Origin: Neoconidiobolus thromboides FSU 785 | Taxonomy: Eukaryota; Fungi; Entomophthoromycota | Assembly (NCBI GenBank): GCA_025603075.1 | Contig: MU626303.1 | Location: forward strand, 59,302 to 123,301 | Direction of reading: 5' to 3' | Length of the DNA stretch: 64,000 nucleotides | Made by a program: the position numbers and the translations under genes | Notes under the pieces: model-generated | Databases searched by the model: none | What the model saw: only the letters and a program-made list of their open reading frames with translations | What the model was told of the DNA's origin: nothing | Shown: positions 60,321-64,000 of the stretch, piece by piece | Numbering within the stretch: the stretch's first letter is position 1 | Layout: each line of letters opens with the position of its first letter

Positions 60321-61453
60321 TTTTATTTATTGATTTAGATAAGTAAGTTAAAGATAATCAATCTTCATCTTTTATACTTTTGAGCTATTCTTAGCTTGAT
60401 CCATGTGATTTTTCCAACTAAATTTAGAGCTTCCTATTTGCTGTAACTCTAAAGAATATAAGCTGTTTTATTGGATATAGTCAGGGGCGACCTATCTATT
60501 GATGAGAATTTAATTTGACGCTAATTATTCAATTTAACTAAATCATTAGGATTGGTTAGATTTCAGAAATAAAAATTTTAAGCTTGAAAAATATTTCATC
60601 ATTTATTATGTAAAAGGGACTGTGGGAAAAAATACCGGTTTCGGAGATCAAATCAAGTAACTAAGAAATGAGGTTATCTCACATCCATGATACATATATA
60701 AGCTGTTGCTATTGTTATTTGTACTGATTATAATATATTGTTGATAGTGCCATAGGCTCTATCGGCTTAAGAATAGAATTTATGCTCTAATAGCTTTTAG
60801 CCACACTTTGATTTTTTACTGCTTCGATATTTCCTGATTGGGCATCATTGAATCTATCCCTGACTAAACTTTAAATTCATTTATTATCAAATTAATAACT
60901 AGTTAATGAAATCATTCAGCTTTTTTTGATCAGCTTTTAATTAGTGGAGTAAAATATCTTAAAGTCATTAAGAATAAATTTAAAGAATGCAAAATAGTCA
61001 GGATTGTTCAAATAGAATTGTAAAATAGTCAGGATCTCTTAGAAAATATTATCATAATGATTTTATCGTTATTTAAAAGGTCAATCTATATCCACTTTAT
61101 CTATTGGCTTTATTCTAATAATTTTAACTATAGTTGACACTTGTGTTTTTCCTGAATTAATATCAAACCTATTGTTAATGTGGCTTTTTTATTGAGATTT
61201 CATATAAAATCCACTTTTTAAAAAGAATAAGCATTTATAGAAATAAGCTACTTGTAAAAAGATTGATGGTAATAAGTAATAAATTTATTTAAAATGAAAA
61301 GGTGTTAGAAAGGCCTTTGATTTAAAACAAATGCAACATGTTATAAAGGGATTTATAATCACTCGAATGATACATTTTAATAAAATAAACTGTTTTTTAA
61401 TAATAGATTTAACTTTGAATGTCTATATTTCTGACATTCAAGTATATTGATAA

Positions 61454-61499
61454 TTCAAAATTCAAAATTCAAAATTCAAAATTCAAAATTCAAAATTCA
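61454..61499. repeat. (TTCAAAA)6.5 perfect tandem repeat
   Basis: Directly visible 7-mer array in an intergenic region. Confidence 0.9.
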
Positions 61500-62229
61500 T
61501 TCCACAGTCCAGTAAGGTTATTCATATTAATTTTCAACCCTACTGGGTTTTTACTATTGATATAATAATTAATTTTAGAAATTTCAGATGAAGCGTAAAC
61601 GTTTCTGTATGTAAAGAATTAGTTATTTTATTATAATACTTTAAATTTTATAATCACTATTAATTGCTATTTACTTATATTGAAATAGTAAGCCATTCAA
61701 TTTTACTGACTATGATAAACTAAATTCATTAAGTTTAATCGAAGCGATACAACTGAATTCAATGAGGATATGTAATAATGTTGATAAATTAATCATGATA
61801 CAATGAGGAGTATAATATTTTTTAATAAAAGGTAATAAGGTAGTAGTAACCAACAGTGAATTTAAAATCGAAACAGTCCAAGTATAACTAAGAATCCTTA
61901 GGAAACAGCACTAAGTCTTATATGTATAAATTGTTTGAGGTTAATATGAGAGTATTTTTTATCAATTGTCTATTTTTACTACTTTTTTAAAATCAAATAG
62001 CTAATACAGCTATTTAAGCTTGAATGTATGGTGACTAGTAATAACTTTCATAACAAATTATTCATACTATTATGTCGATCTGCAGCTTAGTAATTAGACT
62101 TTATTTTAAAATGAGCAATTGATCATCACACATTCAAGCTTCAACAACTGTATTAACTAATTGGTTTTAAAAAAAGTAGCAAAAATGGACAATTGTTAAA
62201 GAACACCACTGTATATTGTAGGCATACAG

Positions 62230-63170
62230 TAATCATCTGGGATTCATAGATTAATAAGATTTTCAACTATTTTGAGGAACATTCAGAGGATGCATCTTAT
62301 GTCTTATTATTTCATAGTTCCCATAAATAATAATGCTACATTATTTATCAAACTCAACATTAACTTCCAGAGTCCTGATATTCCTATAAATACTAAAGTG
62401 ATTTTTCGATAAAGAATATCATGTGATCATGTTTAATATCTCAGGGTATGACAAGATCAAAGTAGAAAATAAATTAAGAAATCATAGTTTCGAAATAGTG
62501 TTTAAGGATATCTATTGTGCTTTCACTGAAAACTTTAAGTAAAACAAAGCTCTTGTTATTAATAATTATTGGAATAGTTCTGTTAGTTAAGCATTGACTT
62601 ATTGCTACCCATAGAATAAAAGAGATGTACAAATTTAAATGTTCCTTATGCTCCTATCTTAGGCGAGCCAAAAACTGAAAGATAAAGGATAGAGAAAAAC
62701 CCAGCCTTCGGATATCAAGTAAGCTAGATGCTTTTTTAAAGTGACAGTGGTTGTAGTTATTGTCTTTTTTAAAGATTACATTGGATGAAGGCAATGTATG
62801 AGAGTTTGATAAAAATATATAAGAATTTATCAAATCTTTTTACTATATAAAATTTAACTCCGATTCCACAAACTATGGCCATGTGCTATTAAATATGACG
62901 TTGTTTAAGCAGTTCGATATATCTGATATCCCAAATTCATAACATATAAATGACAACCTAAGATCTATAAAGTTCAAAATGTATTATCCTAATTTACTTT
63001 TACGATATAGGATTAGTCAAAAGTTTTATAATAGTTTAATAACTCCTCAAGTATATAAAAGACTCTATAAATGTTAACTATGTAATAATTCCAATATTAT
63101 TATATCATATGATTAAATTTCATAAAGTTTTATATCATAAAGAGTTATCAAATTGTTAAAAAGAATTTTA
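62230..63170 (+). pseudogene. Epoxide hydrolase pseudogene, a tandem copy of the gene at 63659
   Basis: 62268-62476 aligns with the intact gene's exons 2-3 and keeps an intron-sized spacer between them. It continues KALVINNYWNSSVS*ALTYCYP* (decayed GHDWG nucleophile region) and PAFGYQ, with multiple stops. The 3' boundary is approximate. Confidence 0.75.
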
Positions 63171-63658
63171 GTCAAATCCTATATTAGGAATTTCCCTTTA
63201 ATTTATTGTATTAATCATATGAACACCTAGAACAAAAAGAAATTGATAAATTAAAAATCAATAATCCGAAATAAGAGTTGTTTAATTATTCCTAATTTCA
63301 TGATAACCGATACACAATTAAATATACTGAATACAAGTCATTGTATAACTATTATACTACCTCCCATGTATACATTTCTATTACTATTCAAAAAATATAT
63401 ATACTTCTTTCATTTCGATAATAAAGATATCTACAGATTAATAGTATTTTCCATTATTTTCTATTATATTTTCTATTTACCTTTTTATCACTTTAAACGT
63501 CATCCCTCATTGTATAAAGTCTAATATACTCATAAATTTATGGATAAAAGATATACGAAATTATTAATCCAGGATCAAAAATGCAACTATAAATAGCTCC
63601 AAAAATACAACTGAATTAGATAAAAAAAATATAAATTCAATATTACAATCAAATAAAA

Positions 63659-64000
63659 ATGGCTATTCAATACGATTTAGATAATCCAGAATCTTATAAC
63701 CATAAGACTGTTCAATTCAACAATAAAGTATATCGTATGTATATAAAATTCCTTAGGATTCATATATTGACAGTATTTTAGATTATGTCGAAGAAGGCGC
63801 AAACGACGCACCTTATGTCTTACTACTTCATGGTTTCCCAGAGGTAAAAATATCAAGCTATCATATCATCTATAATATTTATAATATGTAGTCATGGTAT
63901 TCATGGAAATATCAAATCGATTTTTTGGTAAAGAAGGGATATCATGTGGTTGCATTTGATATGCCAGGATATGGTGAAACCAAAGTAGAAGATAAACTAG
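63659..64000 (+). CDS. Soluble epoxide hydrolase-like alpha/beta hydrolase, 5' part (runs off the window)
   Basis: MAIQYDLDNPESYNHK...YVEEG...VLLLHGFPE/SWYSWKYQIDFLVKKGYHVVAFDMPGYGET; two introns. Confidence 0.88.

Noticed and set aside
61941-62030. ATATGAGAGTATTTTTT...GCTATTTAAGC as a 15th MITE copy
   Set aside because: Only the left end and one internal motif resemble the consensus; no right TIR was found.

Overview
Very AT-rich, gene-dense eukaryotic DNA with short (about 45-70 nt) GT-AG introns and the standard genetic code. It is almost certainly fungal; an early-diverging, Entomophthoromycotina/Conidiobolus-like lineage is my inference, not a database result. I built about 28 protein-coding genes by joining exons by hand: eIF2B-alpha, UCH37, COQ2, ORC1, UBC1, a mitochondrial AlaRS, malate synthase, two mitochondrial single-RRM proteins, ISA1, two MATE transporters, an AT-hook array protein, MIR1, an EGF-like type II membrane protein, a monoacylglycerol lipase, alanine aminotransferase, an SLC35F6-like transporter, MGR2, MIC19, OST5, AVT3/4, STRAP, MNS1, CHO1, DOA4/USP8, HPPD, a partial epoxide hydrolase and two unassigned ORFs. 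There are also two probable pseudogenes and 14 copies of a ~100-bp MITE with 4-bp target-site duplications. The main signal is an ORC1 with no recognisable BAH domain and an N-terminal array of nine AT-hooks, as in S. pombe Orc4 but on a different subunit. A free-standing 11-AT-hook paralog of that module and a decayed third copy lie about 18-20 kb away. I saw no rRNA, tRNA or CRISPR features. All gene models are manual and unverified by RNA data.
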